NCBI GenBank assembly: GCA_965217185.1
Contig: OZ244252.1
Coordinates: forward strand, 1,792,001-1,856,000
Direction of reading: 5' to 3'
DNA from: an uncultured Candidatus Entotheonella sp.
GTDB lineage: Bacteria > Tectomicrobia > Entotheonellia > Entotheonellales > Entotheonellaceae
DNA length: 64,000 bases
Shown: one piece after another, positions 30,875 to 41,473 of the stretch
How positions within the stretch are numbered: the stretch's first letter is position 1
How the letters are laid out: each line of letters opens with the position of its first letter
Program-made: the position numbers and the translations under genes
The notes under the pieces: model-generated
Database searches by the model: none
Told to the model about the DNA's origin: nothing
What the model saw: only the letters and a program-made list of their open reading frames with translations

Positions 30875-32794
30875 ATGACCGACCTTCTCGTCGCAGAGCC
30901 ACCCGAAACCACTCGGACCGTGCCAGCGGGCGCTTCCCCCATGGCGGTGCTGTCGCAGACCCGCAGTTTCAAGGATCTGGACCGGCCGACCCTCGAAGTC
31001 CTGGTGGCGGCGGCGGATACCCACCGCATCGAAGCCGGACGCGCCCTGTTCCGCGAGGGCGAGCCGTTCGGCAACCTCGTTTACATCCTGTACGACGGCG
31101 CCATGCGGCAATACCGGGCGAGCGGCGCCGAAGCGGAGGTGCACCAGGGCGACTTCCTGGCCTTGGCCAACTACGTGGACCGCGCCCCCTTCGGTTCTAC
31201 CGTCGAAGCTCGCAGCGACTGTGTCGTCCTCGGATTGGCTGCGGAAACGCTGGAACAGCTTGAGCGCAACTACCCTTCCCTCTTCAACTGCCTGAACCGC
31301 ATCATTGCCCACAAGCTGCGCGCCCGCAGCCCGGTGCGGGACATCAACCGCGGTGTTCTGGCACAGCCGGTGCGCAGCATCATGAACCGGCCCGTCACCT
31401 GCAGCCCCGACACACGGCTGCGCGACGCCATGTCGCTGATTCGCCAACGCAGCATCGGCGGCCTGGTGGTCACGGACGCCGACAATCGCCTGCTGGGTAT
31501 CCTCACCCGCGCCAGCCTCGCCGAGGCGGTGCTTCTGCAGGAAGCGCGCGCGGATGACGCGGTCCTGCCTAAGGCCTGCCAGCAGGCCCACACGGTGGAG
31601 CCGAATACGCCGCTGTGGCAGGTTCAGGAAATCCAGCAGCACTTCGCCACCAAGTACGTCGTTGTCGTGGATCAGGACGCTCCGGTCGGCGTGGTGGCCC
31701 AGAGCGACATCCTACGAACGCTGATTTCTTCGCCCGGGGTGCTGACGCCGCACGTCGCGCAAACCAGGAATTTGCAGGAACTCGTCGAGTTGAAGTCGCG
31801 TCTCGTCGAAGAGGCCGCCGACATCCGGGAAGCCAATCGCTGGGCGCGCGCCGCGGTGCGCTTCCTGAGCGAAACCCATCTGGCCATCCAGCGCCGGGTG
31901 GTCGCCCTCAGCCTCGATTGGATGCGTGATCGGGGACACGGCGAGCCGCCGGCGCCGTTCGCCCTCCTCATCATGGGCTCCGGCGGCCGCAAGGAAATGC
32001 TGCTCGACCCGGACCAGGACAATGGCCTCATCCTGGCCGACGTACCGCAGGCGCACGAGCCGCCCGCGCAACAGTGGTTCGGGCGCTTCAGCTACCACCT
32101 GAACGAGGGCTTGGCACAGGTCGGCTACCCGCTGTGCCCCGGCGGTATCATGGCGCGCAATCCCGTTTACCGGCACACGCTGACGCAGTGGCAGGAACAG
32201 GTGACGTCCACCGCGGACAACCCCACCGAGGCGGCAGCGCGATGGTCCAACATCGTCTTCGACTTCAACACCTTATACGGCGACGACGCCCTCACCGCGG
32301 CGCTGTGGCGGCACGTGCTGGAGACCACCGCGTCGCATCCCCGTCTGTTTACCCGCATGGCCGCGGACGACGCGCGGGGCCAGCCGGCGCTGGGCTTTTT
32401 TCGCCAACTCGTCGCCACCACCTGGGACGACGAAGGCGCCCACATCGACCTGAAGCGCAACGGCCTGCGGCTGATCGTCGACGCGACGCGCATTTTCGCG
32501 CTGCAGGCGGGCGTAAGGGCGCAGAACACCAGCGACCGGCTGGCCGGGCTGGTGCGCCTGGGAACGTTCTCCGAGGCGTTCAGCACCTCGGTGGGGGACG
32601 CTTACGAGGCGCTGCTAGATCTTCTGCTGACGCACCAGATCGAACAAGCGCGGGCGGGCGAGGCGTTCAACACGCTGATCGATCCGAAAACCCTGACCGA
32701 GCAGAATCACGCCACGCTGCGCCTCGCCATGCGCATGGTGAAGCGCCTGCAGGACCGCCTGCAGGAAGCCTTTGGCGTCGCCTACATCGACTGA
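30875..32794 (+). CDS. cNMP-binding/CBS/DUF294 nucleotidyltransferase-like protein
   Basis: N-terminal cNMP-like and CBS regions; MGSGGRKE, DQDNGL, CPGGIMA, IDLK motifs. Confidence 0.9.
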   Translation: MTDLLVAEPPETTRTVPAGASPMAVLSQTRSFKDLDRPTLEVLVAAADTHRIEAGRALFREGEPFGNLVYILYDGAMRQYRASGAEAEVHQGDFLALANYVDRAPFGSTVEARSDCVVLGLAAETLEQLERNYPSLFNCLNRIIAHKLRARSPVRDINRGVLAQPVRSIMNRPVTCSPDTRLRDAMSLIRQRSIGGLVVTDADNRLLGILTRASLAEAVLLQEARADDAVLPKACQQAHTVEPNTPLWQVQEIQQHFATKYVVVVDQDAPVGVVAQSDILRTLISSPGVLTPHVAQTRNLQELVELKSRLVEEAADIREANRWARAAVRFLSETHLAIQRRVVALSLDWMRDRGHGEPPAPFALLIMGSGGRKEMLLDPDQDNGLILADVPQAHEPPAQQWFGRFSYHLNEGLAQVGYPLCPGGIMARNPVYRHTLTQWQEQVTSTADNPTEAAARWSNIVFDFNTLYGDDALTAALWRHVLETTASHPRLFTRMAADDARGQPALGFFRQLVATTWDDEGAHIDLKRNGLRLIVDATRIFALQAGVRAQNTSDRLAGLVRLGTFSEAFSTSVGDAYEALLDLLLTHQIEQARAGEAFNTLIDPKTLTEQNHATLRLAMRMVKRLQDRLQEAFGVAYID

Positions 32795-32810
32795 GCGGGG
32801 AAAGGAAAGC

Positions 32811-33539
32811 ATGCGAGCCAACGAGCCGGTTGTGATGCTCATGGACAGGCTTCGTGCCTGCCTCATGGGACTGCGAAACGACCCCCTGTTGGCGGATCCG
32901 CAATGCTATGCTCTGCACGCGCGCGTTCGTGCCTTGAAGCCGAAAACCCTCACCTGCCTACCGGTCGAGCAGACCCGCTTCGTCGTCATCGACACCGAAA
33001 CCACCGGCTTCAAGGTTTATGGCGGCGACGAAATCGTTTCCATCGCCCTGCTGGAAATGCACGGCCTGGAGCCGACCGGTCGCGAGTTCACCACCCTGGT
33101 CAATCCCCGGCGCGCCATCCCGCTGGCTTCTACCGCGATCCACAACATCTGCGACGCGGACGTCGCCTACGCCCCAGTGATTGAAGAGGTGCTGCACGAC
33201 GTGACGCAGTTCATCGAGGAGAGCGTTCTGGTCGGGCATCACGTGCCGTTCGACCTGCGCTTCCTCAACAAGGCGCTGCACCGGAGATTCCGCTGCCGTC
33301 TGCGCAATCCCTGGCTCGATACCATGCTGATGTACGTGGCGCTCAGCGGCCGGCTGGGCCACTACACCCTGGAGGAAGTGGCGCGGTTTTGCGGCGTGGA
33401 AATCCGCGACCGCCACACCGCCCGCGGCGACGCTCTGATGACCGCCGCCATGTTCAAAACCCTCGCCTCCAGCCTCATCGCCGGCCACCGCACGGTTTCC
33501 ACGCTCATCAAGCGCCAGACGCAGGCGGGATTGTTCTGA
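32811..33539 (+). CDS. DEDDh 3'-5' exonuclease (DnaQ-like), DUF294 partner
   Basis: VIDTETTG, VGHHVPFD, RHTARGDA. Confidence 0.92.
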   Translation: MRANEPVVMLMDRLRACLMGLRNDPLLADPQCYALHARVRALKPKTLTCLPVEQTRFVVIDTETTGFKVYGGDEIVSIALLEMHGLEPTGREFTTLVNPRRAIPLASTAIHNICDADVAYAPVIEEVLHDVTQFIEESVLVGHHVPFDLRFLNKALHRRFRCRLRNPWLDTMLMYVALSGRLGHYTLEEVARFCGVEIRDRHTARGDALMTAAMFKTLASSLIAGHRTVSTLIKRQTQAGLF

Positions 33540-33551
33540 GATCAGCGGAAC

Positions 33552-33581
33552 GTCGGATTACGCTGCGCTAATCCGACCTAC
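33552..33581 (-). repeat. GTAG-type REP palindrome
   Basis: GTCGGATTACGCTGCGCTAATCCGACCTAC, near-identical to 11461-11490. Confidence 0.8.
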
Positions 33582-33620
33582 ACGTACCCAGCGGCGCACT
33601 GCCGGCAGGAGAGATTCCCG

Positions 33621-34418
33621 ATGACATCTTCTCGGACAGCATGGCTTTGGATTGTACTCTTGGCGGCATTCATTGGGTCAACCATCCCCAATTTGGCGTT
33701 TCCGGACGCCTACATCAGGGGCGGAGTTCTTCTCGACCGGCCGAAAGCCACACGGTTCCCGGATGACAACTGTTCGTCCGCGGATAATCGTCGCGCCTGC
33801 GAGCTCGGCATCGGTGACGACCCCTTGAGCTCGCTCGGAGACTTCGACACGATGACTGGCCTGGAGTTGGGACTTGGTTATGCCATTATGCCAGCCTTGC
33901 GACTTGAAGCTGCCTTCCAATACCGTCCGGAATTTTCTTTCAAGGGTCAGGCAGATTTTTCATTGTTAGGCGTCACGGACGAACGAGATGTCTCCGCGGA
34001 ACTGACCGTGTTGTCCGGCATGCTGGCTACATACCTGGATATTCCCTTACCTGGTTTTGGCTTGCTCCGGCACACACCTTTTAATCCTTTCATAGGTATC
34101 GGCGGCGGCCTTTCCCGCATTGAGATCGGCGATACCCAGATGGATTCACAAGTATCCAGGTTCATCGTTCCCGGGGACCAACAAGTTAGCTTCTCCTGGA
34201 TGGTATCCGCGGGGCTCGCGGTATCGCTGGCGAAGTGGACGATCGATGTCGCCTGGCGCTATACGGATCACGGCAGCATCGAGACCGCGACTGGCATCGC
34301 CCGGAAAGTTTGTCGAATCGCGGGCTGTCGTCTGCCGGATATTGACTTGCCGCTGGCCCCCACCCTGGGTGAGTTGAAGAGTCACGGGTTGACTCTGTCC
34401 TTACGATACGCCTTTTGA
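33621..34418 (+). CDS. Outer-membrane beta-barrel protein (opacity/OmpA-like)
   Basis: Signal peptide; GLGY..LRLE, PFIGIGGG, AWRYTDHG, terminal LSLRYAF. Confidence 0.85.
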   Translation: MTSSRTAWLWIVLLAAFIGSTIPNLAFPDAYIRGGVLLDRPKATRFPDDNCSSADNRRACELGIGDDPLSSLGDFDTMTGLELGLGYAIMPALRLEAAFQYRPEFSFKGQADFSLLGVTDERDVSAELTVLSGMLATYLDIPLPGFGLLRHTPFNPFIGIGGGLSRIEIGDTQMDSQVSRFIVPGDQQVSFSWMVSAGLAVSLAKWTIDVAWRYTDHGSIETATGIARKVCRIAGCRLPDIDLPLAPTLGELKSHGLTLSLRYAF

Positions 34419-34707
34419 TGTTCGGCATTGCGGCTGCACCGGCAGTATTACAGCGGTTTGGGTTCGTATGTCTGGTTTTGCCGGGAGGGTGAGGCAGACA
34501 TTCTTGTCTGCCCAAGGAGGGCGACACCGTCCTCCGCGCAGGCTGAAAGCCCGCGCCACCCTGGGGGGCTACGGGCTGCCGCATCACCGTTGGGTTTGCC
34601 GTATCGTCATGCGAAAATCGCTATAAACGATACCGGAAGCGTAGGCTGAGCAACCTGATCGCATACAACAGCCATCAAGTTGTGGGACCCGTCAGAGGGG
34701 ACAGCTC

Positions 34708-35196
34708 GTGAAAAACACCACACGCTACAACGATGACTTTTGTGATTGGACACAAGCCACCGCCGCGTTGATCCGGCAGCGGAAATGGGAGGACATTGAC
34801 TGGAAGCACGTGGCAGAGGAGTTGGAAGCTTTGGGGAAGCGAGACCGGCGTGAACTGGAGAGTCGATTGGTGACCCTGATGCTGTATCTCCTCAAGTGGC
34901 GCTTTCAACCCGAGCGGCGCCGGCGAGGCAGGAGTTGGCGGCGCACGATTCTGGAGCAACGGCGGCAACTTGCGGCCCTTCTTTCCGACAGTCCTGGTCT
35001 GCGCCCGCGAACGCCCGAAGCTCTGGCCCGGCTCTATCCACACGCCCGTCAACTGTCTGCTGCGGAAACCGGACTGCCCGAAGAAACGTTTCCCGCCGCC
35101 TGTCCCTGGGCCGCGTCCCAGATTCTCGACATCCATTTCTGGCCGGAAGACGGCCCTCATTCCACGCCTTCCCCAGAGGGAGAAGGAACCTTGTAA
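34708..35196 (+). CDS. DUF29 family protein
   Basis: YNDDFCDWT, IDWKHVAEELEALG, LLKWRFQP, SW..TI.EQR, FP..CPW. Confidence 0.92.
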   Translation: MKNTTRYNDDFCDWTQATAALIRQRKWEDIDWKHVAEELEALGKRDRRELESRLVTLMLYLLKWRFQPERRRRGRSWRRTILEQRRQLAALLSDSPGLRPRTPEALARLYPHARQLSAAETGLPEETFPAACPWAASQILDIHFWPEDGPHSTPSPEGEGTL

Positions 35197-35237
35197 GGAC
35201 CCTCTGTGTAGCATCCATCGCTGAAAGGATCTCCGGC

Positions 35238-37802
35238 ATGGCCGAACACCTGGATCCGTACCAATTGCCCCGCAACGTCATACCGTCTCGTTACGATCTC
35301 ACCCTGCAGCCCGACCTGCAGCAGGCGACCTTTACCGGCTCGGTCATCATCGCCCTTGAGGTAGTCGAGCCCACCGACGCCATCTGGCTGAACGCCGCCG
35401 AACTGGAAATCATCTCCACCGCCTTGGAAGACGCCGACGGCAACCACGTGTGCAGCCCTGAGGCAGAATTGCTGGCAGACCAGGAACGCCTGCGGCTCGG
35501 GCTTGGCGCCTCCCTGCCGCCGGGCGATTATCGCCTGATGCTGGGCTTCGAGGGCATCCTCAACGACAAGCTGCACGGATTTTACCTTTCCAAATTCAAA
35601 GACGGCGACGGCGAAGAGCACCACATCGCCACCACGCAGTTTGAAAGCACCGACGCCCGCCGCGCCTTTCCGTGCTTCGACGAGCCGGACTTCAAGGCCG
35701 TGTTCGGCGTCACCCTGATCGTGCCGGACGACCTGTACGCCGTCTCCAACGCCCCCATCATTTCCGAAACGCCCGCTGGCAACGGCTGGCGCCTGGTGTC
35801 CTTCGACGACACCATGAAAATGTCCACCTATCTCGTGGCCTTCATCGTCGGCCCGTTCGAGGCCACCGAGGCGGTGGACGTGGACGGCGTGCCGCTGCGC
35901 ATCGTGCACCCTATCGGCAAGGGCCACCTGACGGAATTCGCACTGCAGGTCGGCGCCTTCACCCTGCGCCATTTCGCCGAGTATTACGACATCCCCTACC
36001 CCGGCCAGAAGTTGGATCTCGTGGCCGTCCCCGACTTCGCTTTCGGCGCTATGGAGAACCTCGGTTGCGTCACCTTCCGCGAGGTATTGCTGCTCCTCGA
36101 TCCGCAGCAGGCAACGCAGCCGGAGCGGGTGCGGGCGGCGGACGTCATTGCCCACGAAATCGCCCACATGTGGTTCGGTGATCTGGTCACCATGAGATGG
36201 TGGAACGGCATCTGGCTGAACGAGGCCTTCGCCACCTTCATGGGCACCATGGCGGTGGATGCCTTCGACGCGCAATGGCAACGCTGGGTGCAGTTCGGCC
36301 TGGAGCGCTCGGCGGCGTTCGACGTGGATTCCCTGCACCACACCCGCCCGATCGAGTACCCGGTGCAATCGCCCAAGGACGCCGACGGCATGTTCGACCT
36401 GCTCACCTACGAGAAGGGCGGCTCGGTGCTGCGCATGCTGGAGCAGCATCTCGACGCAACGCCGTTCCGGGACGGCATCCGGCACTACCTGCAAAAGCAC
36501 CAATACGGCAACACCGAGACCAACGACCTGTGGGACGCCATCGAGGAGGTAACCGGCGAACCGGCCCGCCGCGTCATGGATTCGTGGATTTACCAGCGCG
36601 GCTTCCCGCTGCTTTCGGTCGCCGGCGATGCGACGGGGAAGTTGACCCTTAACCAGCGACGCTTCACCTTCACGCCGCTCAGCAACGGAGACGACTCCGT
36701 GTGGTCGATCCCCGTGACGCTGCGTTACGGGTACGCCGGGCAGGTGACGGAGCGACGCGAGTTGCTGGAATCGGCGTCGTTGGAGATCGATTTCGGCCAT
36801 CCCGTCGATTGGGTAGTGGTCAACGCCGGCGGGCACGGCTTCTACCGCGTGCGATACGCGCCGGACCTGTTGCAGCAACTCCGGCCCATCATGCTGCAAC
36901 AACTCACTGCCATCGAACGCTACACCTTGGTGGACGACACCTGGGCGGCGGTACTGGCAGGCAATACCACGGCGGCCGATCTCCTCGCCCTGGCGCAGGG
37001 GCTGCGGGACGAAGACGACCTCGACGTGTGGACGCTGCTGTGCGGCTGTCTGGAACAATTGGGTCGGCTGCTGGATGGGGAGGCCGGAGCGCGTTACCAA
37101 GCGGAGTTGCGCGATCTGTATACCCCGGTGCTGGAACGTCTGGGATGGACGCCCAAGCCGGACGACACCTCGCGCATTCTGGAGCTGCGGGGTCTGATCA
37201 TCCGCTCTCTGGCGGTAGCGGCCAACGATGCCGGTGCGCAAGAGCAGTGCCGCGAGTTGCACGGCCGTTACCTGCAGGACAGCGGCAGCGTGGAGCCCAA
37301 CGTCGCCGCCGCGGCGGCAGCGGCGGTGGCCTGTTGCGGCAGTGAGGACGACTACAACGTGTTCGTCGAGCGCTTCAAGACCGGCGCCACGCCGCAGGAA
37401 GTGCGGCGCTACCAGAGCCTGCTGGCGTCGTTCCCCGGATCGGACCAGATGTCCACGACGCTGGACATGAGCCTCGACGGCACCGTGCGCACCCAGGACG
37501 CCCCGTACTTGGTCGCCCTATGCCTGCGCAACCGACACTGTGGCGAGCAGGCGTGGCGCTTCGTGCGCGACAACTGGGAGGCCATGCTGGAGGCATACCC
37601 CAACAATGCCATCGTGCGCATGCTGGATGGCGTCAAAACGCTGTCCGTGCCCGACGTCGCCGCCGACGTGACGGCGTTTTTCGACAGCCACGAGGTGCCG
37701 CAGGGCGAGCTGACGCTGCAGCAGCATCTGGAGCGGTTGCAGGTGAACGTGGCATTGCGGGAGCGGGAAGCGGAACGCTTCGGGGCAGTATTGGTTGGGT
37801 AA
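35238..37802 (+). CDS. pepN: M1 family zinc aminopeptidase with ERAP1-like C domain
   Basis: TQFE..DARRAFPCFDEP, GAMEN, HEIAH-x18-E, YEKG. Confidence 0.93.
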   Translation: MAEHLDPYQLPRNVIPSRYDLTLQPDLQQATFTGSVIIALEVVEPTDAIWLNAAELEIISTALEDADGNHVCSPEAELLADQERLRLGLGASLPPGDYRLMLGFEGILNDKLHGFYLSKFKDGDGEEHHIATTQFESTDARRAFPCFDEPDFKAVFGVTLIVPDDLYAVSNAPIISETPAGNGWRLVSFDDTMKMSTYLVAFIVGPFEATEAVDVDGVPLRIVHPIGKGHLTEFALQVGAFTLRHFAEYYDIPYPGQKLDLVAVPDFAFGAMENLGCVTFREVLLLLDPQQATQPERVRAADVIAHEIAHMWFGDLVTMRWWNGIWLNEAFATFMGTMAVDAFDAQWQRWVQFGLERSAAFDVDSLHHTRPIEYPVQSPKDADGMFDLLTYEKGGSVLRMLEQHLDATPFRDGIRHYLQKHQYGNTETNDLWDAIEEVTGEPARRVMDSWIYQRGFPLLSVAGDATGKLTLNQRRFTFTPLSNGDDSVWSIPVTLRYGYAGQVTERRELLESASLEIDFGHPVDWVVVNAGGHGFYRVRYAPDLLQQLRPIMLQQLTAIERYTLVDDTWAAVLAGNTTAADLLALAQGLRDEDDLDVWTLLCGCLEQLGRLLDGEAGARYQAELRDLYTPVLERLGWTPKPDDTSRILELRGLIIRSLAVAANDAGAQEQCRELHGRYLQDSGSVEPNVAAAAAAAVACCGSEDDYNVFVERFKTGATPQEVRRYQSLLASFPGSDQMSTTLDMSLDGTVRTQDAPYLVALCLRNRHCGEQAWRFVRDNWEAMLEAYPNNAIVRMLDGVKTLSVPDVAADVTAFFDSHEVPQGELTLQQHLERLQVNVALREREAERFGAVLVG

Positions 37803-37826
37803 GTTGCGGATGGAGAGAAACCCAAC

Positions 37827-38906
37827 ATGACCGGCATCTGGAAAAACACGGGGAATGGCTGGGAGTTGGCTGATTCCCAGCCATTTTCGGATGAAGCCAC
37901 TTTGCAGCGGCTGGTTGCGGAAAACCCGCAGCTATTGCCGCTAGCCGGTTCCCCGCGCGTGTTCACCCTGGGCAAGGAGGTCAGGCTGGGAACGGGCTAC
38001 GCGGACGTTCTGGCCGTGGAAGCGTCAGGGCGTCCAGTGATTATCGAGGTGAAACTGGCCCGCAACGCCGAAGCTCGGCGGGCTATCGTGTCGCAAGTTC
38101 TGGCCTACGCGGCGTTTCTGCACGGCTACGACGTCGAGGCCCTTGAGCAAGGCCCATTGCGCAACGCTCTGGCCGATGCGGGCTACGAGTCTATCGCCGA
38201 AGCCGTCGCTGCCGAGGACCAGGAAGGCGCAGTTGACGAAGCGGAGTTTGTGCCGGCGCTGCAGGCGTATCTGAGCTCCGGCAGATTTCGCTTGGTATTG
38301 GTTCTGGACGACGTGTCCAGCGAACTCGAACGTATCATTGCGTACCTGGACTCCGTAACGCTCCAAACGCTGACGATCGACCTGATCACCATTAACGTTT
38401 ACGAGGTGAACGGCGTTCAAATTGCGTTGCCGCAACGCGTCTCGCCTGACATCAGCGCGAACGTAGGCCCTTCCGCGCCGCCAACGCGAACGTCGGTAGC
38501 CCCAAGCGGCGTTCTATCCGATGGCCCGGATGCATTCGTTGAATCCGCGGGACATGCTACCGGACAAGACCATGAGGCTTTCGATCAGTTGATAAACTGG
38601 GCAAATCAATTGGCCCAATTTCCGAAAGTACGTCTCTACAGCTACGCCGGCGGTAGCGGCCGCATCACATTGCTGCCCTATGTTGTCCCGGGGAACGTTG
38701 GCTTGATAACAATATGGAATGATCGCGGAAAACCTTATATATCGGTTTGGCGCTCAGTATTTGAACGCCTTGCACCACAATCCATAAATCGTGTGGAGCA
38801 AGCCATCTCCCCAAGCAGACTGGGCCAGGGAACAACCGTCAGAGACGTTTCCCCAGAAGTGGTTGCGGCCATCACCGCCGCCTATCGGGAAGCGGTTGAC
38901 GGCTGA
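37827..38906 (+). CDS. NucS/EndoMS-like PD-(D/E)xK domain protein
   Basis: DEATLQRL..ENP, GYADVL, VIIEVK, QVLAYA. Confidence 0.75.
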   Translation: MTGIWKNTGNGWELADSQPFSDEATLQRLVAENPQLLPLAGSPRVFTLGKEVRLGTGYADVLAVEASGRPVIIEVKLARNAEARRAIVSQVLAYAAFLHGYDVEALEQGPLRNALADAGYESIAEAVAAEDQEGAVDEAEFVPALQAYLSSGRFRLVLVLDDVSSELERIIAYLDSVTLQTLTIDLITINVYEVNGVQIALPQRVSPDISANVGPSAPPTRTSVAPSGVLSDGPDAFVESAGHATGQDHEAFDQLINWANQLAQFPKVRLYSYAGGSGRITLLPYVVPGNVGLITIWNDRGKPYISVWRSVFERLAPQSINRVEQAISPSRLGQGTTVRDVSPEVVAAITAAYREAVDG

Positions 38907-38935
38907 TTGACCCGCCGATTGGAAAGGAACATACG

Positions 38936-39298
38936 ATGGACGGGATCATCATCGACCGTGGCAGGGGCCCGGAAATCAGGGGAACGCGCATCACCGTGTA
39001 CGACGTGGTCGATTACTGGAAGGACGGCTGGCGCTATGACCAGATAGCCGGTCTGTTTCGTCTACCCCCGAACGAGGTTCAGGCCGCTATCGCATATATC
39101 GAGGAACACGAAGAAGAGGTGATGGCGGACTACCGGGCCATTCTCAAACGACACGAGGAATTGCGCCGAAGATACCACACGCCTGAAATCGAAGCGAAAA
39201 TCGCTCACAACCGACAGAAACTGAGAGCCAAACTGGCCGAGCTCCGCGCCAGGGGTTCACAGGGAGAGTCGCGTGCCGGCGATCATGGCAGATCATGA
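38936..39298 (+). CDS. DUF433 protein (putative antitoxin)
   Basis: GPEIRGTRITVYDV...VQAAIAY. Confidence 0.9.
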   Translation: MDGIIIDRGRGPEIRGTRITVYDVVDYWKDGWRYDQIAGLFRLPPNEVQAAIAYIEEHEEEVMADYRAILKRHEELRRRYHTPEIEAKIAHNRQKLRAKLAELRARGSQGESRAGDHGRS

Positions 39299-39680
39299 CG
39301 TCGAAGGCGACTTCGACATCGTTCTACGAACCCTGATGTCGGGAGAATGGAGTGATCTGTGGAATGAACTCAACTACGATGTTGAGTCATTCGAGAGCAT
39401 GGGAATTCCCAACGACACGGCGGATGCGGACCTGTGGCGCCTGTGTCAGGAACGGCAAGTTTTACTGATAACGGGGAATCGAAACAAGGAGGGACCAAGT
39501 TCGCTCGAATATGTGATTGAGCAGTTCAATACGCCCGCTTGCCTTCCCGTGCTGACCATCGGCGATCCCGGCCGAGCCATCCGCAGCCAAGACTACCTGC
39601 ACCGCCTCGTCGCCCGTCTGGTGGAGTATCTCATCGACATTGAGAGCGTTCGTGGGGCCGGAAGGCTTTATCTGCCATGA
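39273..39680 (+). CDS. DUF5615/PIN-like protein (putative toxin partner of DUF433)
   Basis: IMADHDV, DADLW, VLLITGN; overlaps DUF433. Confidence 0.75.
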   Translation: MPAIMADHDVEGDFDIVLRTLMSGEWSDLWNELNYDVESFESMGIPNDTADADLWRLCQERQVLLITGNRNKEGPSSLEYVIEQFNTPACLPVLTIGDPGRAIRSQDYLHRLVARLVEYLIDIESVRGAGRLYLP

Positions 39681-39695
39681 CCCACAGGAGCCTTT

Positions 39696-40454
39696 CTACT
39701 GCGCCAAGGCGCCGCCGTCGATGACGAGTTCGCTGCCGGTCACGTACGACGCGTCGTCCGACGCCAAGAACAGCACGCCGGCCACGATCTCATGGACCAA
39801 CGCCATACGGCGCAGCGGTACTCGCTGCAGGCGCTCTCGCAGCACCTCCGGGTCCGGCATGGCGTTGTGCAGCATGGCGGTATCGACCGGCCCCGGGTGC
39901 ACCGAATTGCAGCGGATGTTGTCCTGAGCGCACTGGCTGGCCGTCACCTTGCTGAAAATGCGTACCGCCGCCTTGCTGGCGGCATAAGCCGGCTCCTGGT
40001 GCGCCGACTGACCGATGCCGGCGACGGACGAAATGTTCACGATGGAGCCGCCGCCCGCCTTGCGCATCTCCGGGATGGCGTGCTTGGTGCCGAGAAACAC
40101 CCCCTTGGCGTTCACCGCCATGACCCGATCCCATTCCGCCTCCGAGCGTACCTCGATGGGCACCCGCGGGATGGTAATCCCGGCGTTGTTCACCAGAATG
40201 TCCAGCTTGTCGAATCGCCGCACGGTCTCCTCGACCGCCTGCCGCCAATCGGCCTCGTTCGACACGTCCAGGTGCACGTAGGCCGCTTCCATACCGTCAG
40301 CCAGCAATTCGGCTTCCAGTTTACGGCCATCATCGTCGGCCACGTCGCCGAACACCACCTTGGCGCCCTCTCGGGCGAACGTTCTGGCCTCCGCGGCGCC
40401 CTGGCCGCGCGCGCCGCCGCTGATCAACGCCACCTTGCCGTCCAATTTGCCCAT
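39696..40454 (-). CDS. SDR family oxidoreductase
   Basis: SGGARGQG, NNAG, YAASK. Confidence 0.93.
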   Translation of the reverse strand: MGKLDGKVALISGGARGQGAAEARTFAREGAKVVFGDVADDDGRKLEAELLADGMEAAYVHLDVSNEADWRQAVEETVRRFDKLDILVNNAGITIPRVPIEVRSEAEWDRVMAVNAKGVFLGTKHAIPEMRKAGGGSIVNISSVAGIGQSAHQEPAYAASKAAVRIFSKVTASQCAQDNIRCNSVHPGPVDTAMLHNAMPDPEVLRERLQRVPLRRMALVHEIVAGVLFLASDDASYVTGSELVIDGGALAQ

Positions 40455-40486
40455 GATCCTGCCCCCCTATCGGATTACGGCTGCCG

Positions 40487-41458
40487 CTAGAAAAAATACT
40501 CCCGCTCGCGCAGGGTGGGATACATCCCCGCGACCCACTGGCCGTAGCCGTTGAAAATCACCGTGTCGAAGCGCTCGTCCGTACCCAGCATGCGCTCGCT
40601 GGACTGCACCCAGCGCGGGTGCGCCACCTCCGGGTTGACGTTGGCCCAGAACCCGTATTCCTTCGGCGCCAGGGTTTCCCAGAAGCTGACGGGCCGCTCC
40701 TTGACGAACTCGATGGAAACGATCGATTTGATGCTCTTGAAGCCGTACTTCCACGGCGTGACGAGCCGCAGCGGGGCGCCGTGCTGCTTGGGCAGCGGAT
40801 GCCCGTACACGCCCGTCACCAGCATGGTGAGCTCGTTCATCGCCTCCTCGATGGTCAACCCCTCTTCGTACGGCCAGGGATACCAGATGCGCAATTGATT
40901 CAGCGCCACGGTACGATGCAGGAACGTCGTCAGCTTGACGTAGCGGGCCTGCAGGGTGGGTTGCACCTTCTTCATCAAAGCGGAGAACGGGAAGCCGGTC
41001 CACGGCACCGCCATGGCCCAGGCCTCGACGCAGCGCAGGCGGTACAGGCGTTCTTCAAGCGGCATGGCGCGGATGAGGTCGTCGATGTCGAACGTCTGCG
41101 GATTGTTGACCAAGCCGCCGACTTCCACCTGCCAGGGGCGGATTGTCAGGCGCTGCGCCAGGCGCGAGATGGTCTTGACGGGGCCGAACTCGTAGAAGTT
41201 GTTGTAGGCGGCGGCGACCTCCTCCTCCGTCACCGGACGGTCGAGCGTGAACTCCGGGTTGCGTTGCGCCGGATACAAGTCGAGGGTTTTGTCCGTGTCA
41301 TCCTCCGCGGCGCAACCGATGCCGCCCGCCGCGCCGAGGATGCCGCCGGCCGCCATCGCCGCGCTGCCGGCCAGGAACTTGCGGCGCTGCATGAACACCG
41401 ATTCGGGTGTGGCTTTACTCTCGGGAATCATCCAACCGGGTTTGCGATGGTAATGCAT
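40487..41458 (-). CDS. msrP: Protein-methionine-sulfoxide reductase catalytic subunit
   Basis: Tat RRKFL, YNNFYEF, RCVEAW, PWKYGFKSIKSI, YGFWANVNP. Confidence 0.95.
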   Translation of the reverse strand: MHYHRKPGWMIPESKATPESVFMQRRKFLAGSAAMAAGGILGAAGGIGCAAEDDTDKTLDLYPAQRNPEFTLDRPVTEEEVAAAYNNFYEFGPVKTISRLAQRLTIRPWQVEVGGLVNNPQTFDIDDLIRAMPLEERLYRLRCVEAWAMAVPWTGFPFSALMKKVQPTLQARYVKLTTFLHRTVALNQLRIWYPWPYEEGLTIEEAMNELTMLVTGVYGHPLPKQHGAPLRLVTPWKYGFKSIKSIVSIEFVKERPVSFWETLAPKEYGFWANVNPEVAHPRWVQSSERMLGTDERFDTVIFNGYGQWVAGMYPTLREREYFF

Positions 41459-41473
41459 GTGTAATCCTCCTTG

